Positions 37,001 to 48,458 of a DNA stretch of 64,000 nt are shown in pieces. The stretch comes from Owenia fusiformis. Taxonomy: Eukaryota. Positions within the stretch are counted from its first letter, which is position 1; each line of letters begins with the position of its first letter. The DNA is taken from NCBI GenBank assembly GCA_903813345.2, contig CAIIXF020000001.1:4898001-4962000 (forward strand), given 5' to 3'. The notes below the pieces were generated by a model. That model was not told the origin of the DNA and did not search any database. It saw nothing but the letters and a program-made list of their open reading frames with translations. Made by a program: the position numbers and the translations under genes.

Positions 37001-40000
37001 TCTTGCCAATTTTATATTTGTAGCTTCAAGCAAAATATGACAGCTTTAACAGCTCATAGAAGTATTCTAAAAACATTTCCAGGCTATATGGGGTATTGTA
37101 ATACATCTACTTTAGTTATGAAGTACTATTTTGTAATTTTAATATGACTTTATAGTGCCCTACCCCTGGAAAATTGAAGAAAGTGGATGTGGTGAATTTA
37201 ATCATTTTGCAGCATTAAGTTAGAAACATGTATTGATAGACACCAAATCAATAAATTCATACCATCATCAAATGTTAGGTGACATTCTAATTCATTTATT
37301 ACTAGAATATAGGACTTAAGATATTTTATATGTAAGTTTTCAATTTAGTACATGTATCATAATGAAATCTAGTGTAATCACATACTAGAGAGGACATTGA
37401 CATAAAGTCTAAACATTATAATCATCAATTGATCTCATTTGAGCAACTAGACTATGGTGGTCATCATGCACAAGACATGTACTACAGTGCCCCATGTACT
37501 AGGGCACGAGTCATTTGAGCCATATATACCTCCTGGTATATACCTTTACAACCCATTCAGAAGGGTCATTTACAATGTGCAAAACATGGCAAAAGTTCCG
37601 TAAAACTGTTAGTTCTCATCATCTGACCATATAGCAGAGTCCTCATTAAGACATGATGCATCACAGCCAGATGTTAGAAAAGTAGCTAAGAATCTTTTTT
37701 ATTAACCAAAGATGACTTTCCCACCGATGTTGCATCACACTGTACTGTCAACTGTCTTGTTGCTTTCAATTTTGTTTACTCTACATAGATCTGATTCTGC
37801 ATTTAAATACCAAGACTTCAGATTACTTCAACTGTCATGACTAAAGCATTTGATAGTATTTCCATAATAATGTTATAAAGGAGCATGTAGGTTATCGCAA
37901 ACAACTTCAGACAATGGTCCTTTTTCCATATAGCTTTGAAATCTCATTAAGGTCTTGTTTTTAATGAGATTTTAGGAGATCTGCATTTTTAACCATTAAA
38001 AACTAATGTTTTCTTCCATCTGATGGCATATTTGAATTCTGTGAGTAATTCTCTATCAAAACAACTTTGATTTGCACTGTTATTTACCATTATTCAAATT
38101 CTAATGATTTACTGGTTGTCTAAAAAAGGTCAGGCTAAATCCCCATTGACACAATGCTGAAAAACCTTAAAAAGTTCATTTACTCTTCCAAGGATCACAA
38201 TTTTAATGTGAAATCACAATCCACATGTCAATAAGATCATAAAGTTACATTCCAATGATGTTTTAAGTTGATCCAAATGGAATTACTTCTTAAATCAAGA
38301 AATTAAGTGACTCTGGCAATGCATTTACATGTACTCTAGCCCTACCCAAGCTCTTCCAATACCCATGATGCCATCTATTTTTCATTTATATGGAAAAAGG
38401 TCAATTCTAACTTGAATTATGAATATTTTCTGACCATGAACATAGGTATATCTTTTAGATCTATTCATTATCTTCAAGAAAAGTAAATATAATGATTAAT
38501 CAGACCTAAGTGATATTAAAGGGAATGGCCCAATCAACATACTTTTTACTAAAAATGATGACCTAGTTTTTACCAAAGATGCAACCTTTAATTATATTGT
38601 TGAATGCATAATCAGAATATGCTTTTAGACATGTTCTATTCCCTAAGAGGAAAAGTGGATTGCTCCAGGGACTTTAAAGACACTGAATTTGGATGACCAA
38701 AATGAACTGAAACCAATGGATAGCATGAATTTTTTCAAAGGGGAAATAACATGGGGAACACTAATCTTAGGGGAATTCAGTTTTCGTTTCAAGAGCTATT
38801 TGATATATTAAAATAAAGAATAGTAATGCATTTAACATTGTTATTAAAATGATTGCATTTTTGGTGAAAATGAGGTCAACAACTTTGAAAAAATATATTG
38901 ATGGGTTGATTGCTAGTGAAATATCTCCAAGTCCGATTGACTTTATTATCCCTGTATACCTGTCTTCATGGTCAGGAAATAGTCATAATCAAAGATATAA
39001 CTGTCTGAAATTGTTTGTGATAACTTACCTGAACATTTGCAGGTCAAATCAGGAGTGACAAAATTTATTTCCACCAAATTTTTGACATGTCTTCAAATAT
39101 ACAATAGTATTTTCTTCATAAGATAGAGTGTCACTTGTGAAATTTATTGATTGACCTGAGATCGTATCATATCTTTATGACATAGAAGCGAAATAGCCTT
39201 AGCAACTTCTGTTTTTAGAAAACAATAAAATGATAGAAAAGATTACTTTACCATAATTCTAATCATCCCACATTGTAGACATATTTAGAATTAAAAATAT
39301 GAAGAGAATGACAAAACCTCTTAACACATTTCTTAGGAAACAAATAGTATGGTATTCTTGTTACTATGGCAACAGAGTTTTTTCTTTTTGTCATTTTTGT
39401 CATACAGATTACCTATCATACCAGGACCAAATCCTGAAAATTTGAATTCAGTATCTTCATTAGTATCTTAGATATATAGGTTTCTTATAGTATCCCCTGC
39501 AGATTTCATCGGAGTATAAGGAAAATGCTCTGAAGAGGATGCCCAAGGATGCCATTTAACAGTTCTGGTATTTTTGAGGTCCCAACCCTCTATTCATGGG
39601 AATAGTTAACCATTGTAAAGCTACTCATGGTTAACTGACAGAATTGATTGTATCTTCAACTAAGAAGTCAATAAAATGTTAAAACCAGAAGAAAACCACA
39701 CCAACTTTCTTCTATTTACCAGGGGTAGGGCATTATAAAGTCATATTAAAATTACAAAATAGTTCTTCATCACTATAATAGATGTATTACAATATCAAAC
39801 ATAGCTTGGGAATGTTGTTAGAATACTACTTTGAGATGTTAAAGTTATCATATTTTGCTTGAAGCTACAAATATAAAATAAGCAAGAAAAAAATGACAAA
39901 AATTGCATATTTTTTCTAATTAATTGTATTTTTCCGAAACCAACAAAGATATCAACCTATAACTTTAGGATAGTATTCATCTCTGTACTAACAATGTATG

Positions 40001-43000
40001 CTGTAGAACTCAGAACAATAATTCATATATCCTTTGAGTTATGAACTAATATTATAGTACCCCCTAAGATAATATCCTAGGGGGGTAAAAACGCTAAAAT
40101 GCAGTAACGTGACCACCCCGTTGAGCTGTCATCTTTTAATATCTTTATCAGCATGAAAAACTGATCCAGAAAAAATAGGTCTGTTGCTTTTTCTAAAAAA
40201 TGCCTCAAAAAGTCTTTCCCTTGAGATATTCTGAAATTGGAACCTGTCTAATCTGTTAGATATGAGGTCAATAACTCTATAATATTGTTACCTAATCCAT
40301 AAGATTTCATCTTATGGAGTAACAAAAAATGTGGGACTGCGTCAAATGCACCTTCCACGTCTAAAAAGATTCCACGGGTTGCGAGGTTAGAGTCAAAATT
40401 ATCGGCTAACATATTAACAATAGAAAATAGTTGCTTCTGTGTATCATGGCCTGGTAAGAACCCGGACTGATTTTCATAAATGAGGTTCTTCGAGGAAACA
40501 TGGTCAAAAATTGCTGTATAAATTATTCGTTCAAAAAGCTTTGAGAGATTATTGAGGAGGCAGATTGGTCTGTAGTTGGATGGGTCTGTTTTTGAATTTT
40601 TATTCTTATATATAGGAACAATTATACCCAGTTTCCAGCAATCAGGAAATGTATTTGTCTCCAAGAAAATAGTAAATAGTTTAACTAGTTCAACATCGAT
40701 AGAGTCAGCCACAAGTTTCAACATTTTGTTAGTGATATTATCTTCTCCACCTTTTTTAGATGAATTAAGGTTCCGTAAGTTATCATTTATATTTTTTCGA
40801 GAAATATTTATATAAGTCAAAGATTCATTTGTTTTCATAGGACAGGGCGGCAATGACTTATCAATTATATTATGGTGGAACTTAGTCATGAACTTATTTA
40901 AAAAAGCATTTGCTTTTCCAAAGTCATCATCAATAATTTTATCATTTATCTCAAGAAGAGGAATGCCTGTTGAAAACTTGGTTCCTATAAGTTTCTTTAT
41001 AATTGTCCAGTAGTTAAGGCCATTTGCTGCTTCTTCATCCAAGTTATTACAAAGTTTATCTTGATAGTTGTTCTTTGATTCAGTAATTAATTTAGTAAGA
41101 TATGCGTTTTGCTTTTTAAATTGGTTGATGTTTAAGTCATTGCTGTCCTTTTTCATTTTTTTGTACAATTTATCTTTTTTATTGAGAGCTGACTTGATAT
41201 CCTTGTTGAACCAGGGCATATCACTAGTTTTCAAGGTTGTAACTTTGCTTGGTATATGGGATTCAAATATATGAAAAAGTGCAGTAGTAAAATCTGATGT
41301 AATTTTGTTAACATCATCTTGTAGGTAAATACTGTTCCAATCGAAATCCTTAACAGCCTGATTCAGGTTGACTGTATTTGCCTCGCTATAAAGCCACGAT
41401 CTCTTAGTAACCACATTTTGTTTATTTGGTAGTGAAACATCAAGTGATGCTAAAGTCGAACAGTGATCAGTTCCACCAATAGGTGGTTTAACTTCAGTTT
41501 TCCAAATTTGGCCGGGAAAATTTGAAAAAATTAAATCTAGACAGGATTTAGATTGTGTAGTAATTCTTGTGGGTTCTTCTATAAACTGAGTAAGTGAGTT
41601 ATTCACACAAATGTCATAAAGCAAGTTACCAATGTTACTATTTACATCATCTGGCCACCATTTTTTACTTCTAGCATTAAAATCCCCCCCAAAAATTATA
41701 AGGTCAGAGTTTCCCTTTAAAACATTTTCAATATTGGCATTGAGATTGTACATGTACATGTATAAAAATACTCATGCCCAATCAATTGGAGATCTTATAT
41801 CAATACATAAACATGCCAATACCATGTAAAGCTTACCCGTGGTCGTGATCAGATTTGGAGTGGAAACTCTTGTGGCTTCGAGTACTTGTTGGACTCGAGG
41901 TACAACTCTTTTCCAAACACTCCTTCTGTTCGCCAAATGATCCAACTCTTTCATATTTTGTGTATGGCCTGAATGTAGTTCGATTTGGACTCTCGTGCTT
42001 TCGAATAACATTTTGCCTGCAAGTAATATTTGAAGTAAGATTATCAGACACTTATCATAAGAAACGTGCCAAACCACACGTGACCACCGAATTATTCTTA
42101 ATGTATTTTAGAGAACTATTTCCATCCTTTTTAGTGCATTTTAGTCTAAAAACATATGTAAAAAATTTCTCTGTGCATGTCTTGCACTAATAATATTCTT
42201 ACTTTTATTCTCTTGAGCTCAGAAAATCTGCTGTTTATATTTATTTGTATTTCACAGTTCTCTAAAACTCTTATATTCTTGCTTCGCGACAATCATAGCA
42301 AATCATGTTTTATTTATACATGGGTTACGTTTTAGCGGTGTTTCCCCGCGTGTACCGTATACTATTGCATTGAATCTATTAAAATACTAAATGCGTCACC
42401 CAATGGAGGGTGACTTGCAAAAGTATATATATGACGGTGAATAATATCGAATAAAATTATCACGAAGTATCTTTGGAATTATGTTACACACTTCTGGAAT
42501 AATGTACCCCACGCATAATATGACGACAGGATCAATTAGCGCACCAAAGGTTATCTAATCAATGAAGACGCTTAGTAAACTTTACAGCCAAAATTGTTAA
42601 TCAGACCATTGTTATAACATTGTACGAAATTGTATTTTGTATCATTTAAATATTGTGGTATATATACATATACTTTTATACATTTCCAATAAGCTCATTA
42701 TTTTGCAAAATTGGTGACAGATAATATTCAACAGGGTACATCCTTTAATCGCAGTAATACCACTTGGTGGAATTGTTATTGAAACAAGGTCACAACAACC
42801 ATTGTTTCCATGGTAACCATGGTATTACGCTTTGTGTTACATGCTCTTGATAGAAAGCAATATTCGTCACAAGAACACATGTTACATTATGTCTATAGGT
42901 ACAGTACTTAATACCCTATGGAAATAAGTAATACACGGTAGGCCAAAACACTCCATATTTTCGAGGTCAATAACATTTTTATAATACGTCATGCGTTTCA

Positions 43001-44295
43001 AAAGAACGTTGAAGATGAAGGAATCAATTCTGTTATTGTTACTAAAATGGCATGAATTAATCTCAAGGGGTATATAGATGAGGAAGTTTAACAGATATTA
43101 GGGGTATCAATGCAAATTTACAGTTCGCCTTGATTATGTTTGATGGAACACTTTTTCAAATAAGAGGAAAGAAAACTGATTCATCATCAAGAAAAAGAAG
43201 AACGGGGAATTTTCTTTCACAATGAAAACGAGTCTGTTTGTGTTAAAAAGGATTTATGTGGTGGGATAAGGCCCATCTTGAAAACCTTGTTTTCCAATGT
43301 CCTTTTGAACGAATGTCTAGTAGTTTGCTTATTTGTTCTCTTGATCTTGTGTATATCAAAAATACATAAAGCAACATGGACAATAATCGTAGTGCTTACC
43401 TTCTTATAATTTTCTTTTTCTTTATGCAGTATTTGCAAAATAGTATAACTGTAATGACAAGGATTAGACCACCGACCACACCAGCCCCGAGTACATAGAT
43501 TGGGATAAATTTTTCTGGACCTAAAGAGTCGTGCGTCTGGAAAAAACAATACTGTGCGCATAAAGGACCAGGTATAGTATGGCAAGTGATTTTGGACAGT
43601 CATATGTGTACCTTTCACCATGAATAGTTTCTGGCCATAAATACAATTGTTTTTATTAAAACAATATGTTTCCTTTAAAATATCAATCCAAATGTTGACA
43701 TGGGGTCCCTATTTCTAATTTTTCGAATTGTTTGATTGATCTTTTTCTTATCCTTGAACATTTACTTGAAATATATCAAATTGTATTGATAAGAAATGTT
43801 ATTTTTGAATTGAGAACGTACTCATGTTAAAATATGTGGCTGTCTAAAATCGCTTGCCATACTATACCTGGTCCTTTGTGAATACAATGTCAAAAAACAA
43901 TTGCACCCCTTTACAGACAAGACAAGAGAGCATATTTAGATTCTTTGAGCGTTTAAAATTTTGGCTGGGGTCGTTTGAGCTGTTTTTAGTCAGTTGAACG
44001 TATAGTTTTCCCTTTTTAAACCTTTAAAAGTACAATATATTAATAATTAACTGTGTCAAGTATAACATCAGGGGACATACGTCATTACTAGCTTAGCTGT
44101 GAAGTGACCAGAGGTAGTCATCCCCAACTAGTTGAGGTAGTACAAGGAACACAAATCGACATCATTTTTGTATAAAAATTACCATATTCACCGGATATAT
44201 TTGTTAGACCTTGCTAACGTAAAGGTTTAGTGATGACAATTACAAAAGTAAGATTTTACCTGTGTATTGGTGTTGGTTTGTCCATTATGGGCCAT
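28316..44295 (-). CDS. CBARP: BARP/CBARP-like single-pass membrane protein (voltage-gated Ca channel beta-subunit-associated regulatory protein homolog), ~1124 aa
   Basis: Model join 44260-44295, 43400-43536, 41837-42016, 34462-34535, 33658-33829, 28316-31091, with consistent phases. N-terminal TM followed by CKYC. Motifs GRRLSF, RYTDGDFHHLK, KYRDIWTLRTTLEE, LQQMKGDSGYKSLE, RDYSIDIKTNNIFHEFLREDP occur in the same order as motifs I recall from human CBARP (GRRVSF, TEGDFHHLK, YRDLWSLRASLE, LQMDSGYASIE, RDYSIDEKTDALFHEFLRHDP). Confidence 0.85.
32729..33283. mobile_element. Degenerate TIR element
   Basis: GACCTTTCCAATAA / TTATTGGAAAGGTC inverted ends; no clear TSD. Confidence 0.45.
33658..33829 (-). 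CDS. CBARP: CBARP-like exon 5
   Basis: DNCHPDDDPTNLL...QGRRLSFQLARPQEN...KNSRQR. Confidence 0.82.
34462..34535 (-). CDS. CBARP: CBARP-like exon 4
   Basis: DSDTLLNEEDNIDYAVLKYQESLR; ttttag acceptor, gtatgt donor. Confidence 0.75.
35209..36654 (-). pseudogene. LINE ORF2 3' part (RT C-half + Cys/His motif)
   Basis: Open frame DRKLKVRIND...GVPQGSILYPLLFLLYIND...YADD to the stop at 35209. Confidence 0.9.
36655..40250 (+). mobile_element. Non-autonomous Academ-type DNA transposon, 3596 bp
   Basis: Termini TAGACAGGTTCCAATT...AATTGGAACCTGTCTA; 3-bp TSD ATC (36652-36654, 40251-40253); imperfect TIRs of ~530 bp; no transposase ORF. TAG/CTA ends with a 3-bp TSD are the Academ signature. Confidence 0.85.
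37878..39038. mobile_element. Kolobok-like MITE nested in the Academ element
   Basis: TIR AAAGGAGCATGTAGGTTATCGCAAACAA... with a degenerate partner TGAAATTGTTTGTGATAACTTACCTG at ~39005-39038; a sibling copy lies at 47733-48458. Confidence 0.6.
40251..41759 (-). pseudogene. LINE ORF2 5' part (truncated endonuclease + RT N-half)
   Basis: 503-aa ORF ending at a TAG supplied by the inserted element's terminus. Confidence 0.9.
41837..42016 (-). CDS. CBARP: CBARP-like exon 3 (180 nt, phase 2/2, possible cassette)
   Basis: QNVIRKHESPNRTTFRPY...SKSDHDHG; acceptor ttacttgcag, donor gtaagc. Confidence 0.68.
42487..42731 (+). repeat. ~245-bp dispersed direct repeat, copy 1
   Basis: ACACTTCTGGAATAATGTACCCCACGC...ATAATATTCAA, nearly identical to 46046-46287. 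Confidence 0.9.
43400..43536 (-). CDS. CBARP: CBARP-like exon 2, transmembrane helix
   Basis: THDSLGPEKFIPIYVLGAGVVGGLILVITVILFCKYCIKKKKIIR; acceptor ttttttccag, donor gtaagc. The frame differs from the ORF-track call. Confidence 0.85.
43562..43877. mobile_element. Kolobok-like MITE, 316 bp
   Basis: AAAGGACCAGGTATAGTATGGCAAG / CTTGCCATACTATACCTGGTCCTTT; ~45-bp TIR. Confidence 0.8.
44260..44295 (-). CDS. CBARP: CBARP-like coding exon 1 (MAHNGQTNTNTQ)
   Basis: Donor CAG|gtaaaa, phase 0; an upstream acceptor gttttacag at ~44321 implies a further 5' UTR exon. Confidence 0.6.
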
Positions 44296-46045
44296 CTGTC
44301 AAAAACGTAATGCTGCTACTTCTGTAAAACAGATTAAAGTCAATGACAACGTACACTCCACTCATTAAATTTGGTAACCGGAAGTTGTCATTTCATATCA
44401 CTATATCAAAGCCTAGAGAGATACAGTAGTTATCAAACTGTTTCCCTCTCTTTCTAATAAAATAGTTATGAAATATATATATAACCCTGTCAATGTTTAA
44501 ATCAATATTTTGTTCATTAATCACAAAAGTTCGGGTATTCAAGACTAATGTGAACTTTTTTTTAAATTGCCATACATAAAACACATTGACAAGTGATCCC
44601 AAAGGGGACTTATTGTTGCCAAACTTATGAAGGGGCGTGTATAATACAATTATGGTTGATTAAATAATTCTACCTTGTAATATAATTTATGAACTTTTAT
44701 TTGTTTCCATTCTCATTAGTTAACGATGTCAGAGTAAAAATACAAAGACAATTTGTAATTCAAATATTTGATAAGATATAAGTATGAAACAAACCGAAAG
44801 CACACCTTTCAATGAAAAGAGTAACTTTTTTTCATTTCAAGACTAACATTTCGTATATGTTTTTCTATTTTGATAATATGGAGGCAGTAATTATTTTGAT
44901 GAGTGTCGCTGTTACAAAGGCGTAGACTCTGGATTAAATAAATATCATTGCGGTATAAGTTGATGATGTACCGTGAACAATGTACACATTGGTTGGTACA
45001 TGGGATTACCGCAGGATCAATAAATTATAAAATGTACTTGTACTTGGTCTTTGTCTAGTGTTTGCCGATGAGATTTCCATCCAGTTTTCTGTTCATTAAT
45101 AGCAATCAATACATTTACAAAGCGGCTACTGTTTTAATAACTAAGCAAAATAATGATTTCCATCGCACCCCTAACGAGAATGATGATTTCATTTTATTCT
45201 CGAACACGTTCCATTCCGTCATTATGCTAAGACATTCTATCATTTTCGCTACTTTCGATTCTAATCGGTTCTGGAATCTCAACTACTCGTATATAGTACT
45301 GGTACCGACCATCTTTACGCAAATGTGTCTCATAGTGATGTTAATATACTAATTGTCGACCGAAATTACTCATAAATAAACCAAACCGCTTACACCATGG
45401 TAACCTGATAAGAATACATCCGGATTCAGCTTCCTGAAATATGTTTGCAACGTATCAATGTTTTTCGAAATTAGAAATAAACAATTCCTTGAAAACTTGT
45501 TGAATGTCGAAATAAACACAAATTGAGGAAAACTAAATATGAACGGTATAAACAAGGCGCTAGAAATTTAAGATGAAATCTATATTTTTGTGTAAAAATC
45601 ACATTTTCGGGATTCTCTTGAAAAATCACTTTATATGTAAAATGAACTTATAATATTCATTTTATATTTTTATCCGTATGTTTCGTATATGATATCTGCA
45701 ATTTTCTCCAATACCGGGCAATGCAACAAAGAGCTAGCTGTTTGTGCCGCCATTTTGAACGAAAGTAGGTCACTACGATGTGATATGACAATTCATATTT
45801 ATGATTTGGTCATTTTAACAATCATAGACCAAGATATTTCATTTAATGGGTCCAAACACAGCAAAAAGTGTTAATGATGTACATACACATATAAAGGACC
45901 AGCTTACCCAAAGCACTAATAGCTATTTATATTTGTGCGATTAAAGATTTTATTGTAATCATCTAGCGATTGTTTATATTCATTATGTAGTTAAACACAG
46001 GGACGTTTGAAATTAAAAAAAATTCTAACCACTGAAATTAATTGT

Positions 46046-46287
46046 AAAGGAATTATAAAAAATGAACACTTCTGGAATAATGTACCCCACGCATAATATG
46101 ACGACAGGATCAATTAGCGCACCAAAGGTTATCTAATCAATGAAGACGCTTAGTAAACTATACAGCCAAAATTGTTAAATCAGACCATTGTCATGACATT
46201 GTACGAAATTGTATTTTATTTCATTTAAATATTGTGCATTACATGTACTTTTATACCTTTCCAATAAGCTCATTATTTTGCAAAATT
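46046..46287 (+). repeat. ~245-bp dispersed direct repeat, copy 2
   Basis: Matches 42487-42731. Confidence 0.9.
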
Positions 46288-47732
46288 GGTGACATATAAT
46301 ATTCAAACGAAATCATTATCATTAATTGTGAAGGAATTATACCAAATGAACAATGTACGGTATGGGTTTCGGATTGTTTATATTTGAAATCCACTCGTGG
46401 ATATTGCCCATCTCCACTCTCTCGCTGGGCTCACTCGTGGAGAATGTCGCGATCAATATCTACTCCTACTCATGGATAGAAGTGATCTCAGGTCAAAAAT
46501 CATATCATCTATACGATTCTTCGGTCGTCTTTGCTTTACAATGTATCGTCGATGTATAAAAGCAATTAGAAAACTAACTCACCAAAGAGACCCCTGTATT
46601 TGGAACATGGCGAGAGTTCAATGAATTGCGTATACATTTTGACCACACACCGCTTGAAGTATTAATTAATTTCATATCAAGATGGTATGGCACTGATTTC
46701 TTAGAAATAAAGCGAATTATATCGTATTGTTCATTCTTATATCTTATCTTTCTCAACTTTTAAAAAATCGATTTGAGCAAATTCCGACCCATGAGTTTAA
46801 CCATTTAACACCGTGGACTGGAATGGGAGAATCTCAAAACCTCTTCATTCACATATGGTTATTTTAAAAAAAGACTTTAATGACAATGCATAACACCCAT
46901 TGCGGTGAGATCACTTCGTGGAATAAACTCAAACAATAATGGCGAGACAACTAAAATCCCCATGATGGGCATGGAGTTAATTTCTGAAAGGTTAGTCATT
47001 CACCTCGTGGAGTTGAAACTATAGATATTCCAATGTGGTCATCAAATTGTATTCACGTCATACATAAAATCTCTAGTATGTTAGTTGTATTGATTTTGCG
47101 TCAAAGTTAATGCAGATGTGGTAATGCTCTCCACACAAGTTGATTGTCCGTGTAAAATATATGAAACTTTGAGCAAAATAGAATAAAGTTGTTAAATTCT
47201 ACACTTACAGCAGGTTGTATTGTTTCATGTGCGCTTACGGGTGGGTTGGTATTCTTTTGTTTGTTTTTATTATGATGTGTATTGCTATTATGGTGTCTTT
47301 TACAAGTGGGTGACACTTGTAAAGCAAAAAACAAATCGAAGAACACAAAACTATTTTTTCTTCTTTTCACAATCTTTATTTTACCTTTATGTTAAAGGAA
47401 GAAGAAAATAGTTTTGTGATTTAATAATCCAACTTGAAGAACATGTTTAAGAAATTCGAAGAAACGTAACTTAATGTACGTCCACACACACCCACATCAC
47501 GTTTCACGTTCATGTTTTGCTTTCTGGTACAGTTTTGAGGTCTCCATATACGATTCTTATAACCTGTACGTGAACGTGAATACAGGTATTAGTTTTACGT
47601 TGACATGTATCCAAGGTTTGTATTGTCATTGATCCGTAAGAAATGTAAAACAGCGTCCATCTATGAATCTTGTAATTTTTTATCCGTGTCATTTTAATTT
47701 ATGATTAACAAATTGTTCATGGAAATCAGAAG

Positions 47733-48458
47733 AAAGGAGCACGTGGGTTATCGCAAACAATTTCAGAAGGTTATATCTTGGATTTTGACTATTTTCTGAC
47801 AATGAAGACAAGTTTATCTTTTAGATCAATTCATTATCTCTAAGAAAATTATGCACAGTAATAATAAATTCAAACAAACTCAGAGATATTTAAATAACAA
47901 TCAACCCATCAACACACTTTTTGACCCCATTTTGAAGATGTTGACCCCATTTTCACCAAAAATGCAATCATTTTTTACAATGTTAAATGCATTACTATTC
48001 TTTATTTTGATGTAACAAATAGTTCTTGAAAGAAAAACTTAATTGCATTAAGATAAGTGTTCCCCATGTTATTTCTCCATTGAAAAATCTCATGCTATCC
48101 ATTGGTTTCAGTTCATTTTGGTCATCCAAATTGAATATCTTTAAAGTCCCTGGAGCAATCAAATTTTCCTTTTAGGAAATCGAACATGTCTCAAAGCACA
48201 TTCTAATTATGCATTTAACAATATAATAATAGGTTGCATTTTTGGTGAAAATTAGGTCAACATTTTTGAAAAAGTATGTTGATTGGTCCATTGCCCCTTC
48301 AATATCACTAAGGTCTGATTAACTAAATTATCATTATATATGCTTTTCTTGAAGATAATGAATGGATCTAAAAGATACACCCATGTTCATGATCAAAAGA
48401 TATTCATAATTCAAGTAAGAATTGTTTGAAATTGTTTGCGATAACCTACGTGCTCCTT
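47733..48458. mobile_element. Kolobok-like MITE, free-standing sibling of 37878-39038
   Basis: TIRs AAAGGAGCACGTGGGTTATCGCAAACAATTTCA / TGAAATTGTTTGCGATAACCTACGTGCTCCTTT; the interior is the reverse complement of ~38400-38900. Confidence 0.7.

Larger units (their letters stand above)
34989..41759 (-). mobile_element. 5'-truncated non-LTR retrotransposon (CR1/L2 group), interrupted by an Academ-type element
   Basis: EN C-terminal motifs (GDFNA, PTR...LDLIF, TDH), RT motifs (NYRPICLL, FLDVEGAFD, GVPQGS, YADD) and a C-terminal CKC-x7-KH-x4-CP motif. 15-bp TSD GTATAAAAATACTCA at 34974-34988 and 41760-41774. Minus-strand 3' end has AATAAA and an A-rich/TTGA tail. Confidence 0.93.

Noticed and set aside
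41833-42051. Alternative first exon giving a TM-less BARP isoform
   Set aside because: The ORF starts at GTG right after in-frame stops; an internal acceptor at 42016 explains it better.
43217-43621. 134-aa ORF
   Set aside because: Wrong frame over the real TM exon, and it starts inside a MITE.
47200-47320. Plus-strand hydrophobic exon
   Set aside because: In-frame stop in the hydrophobic frame; no partner exons found.
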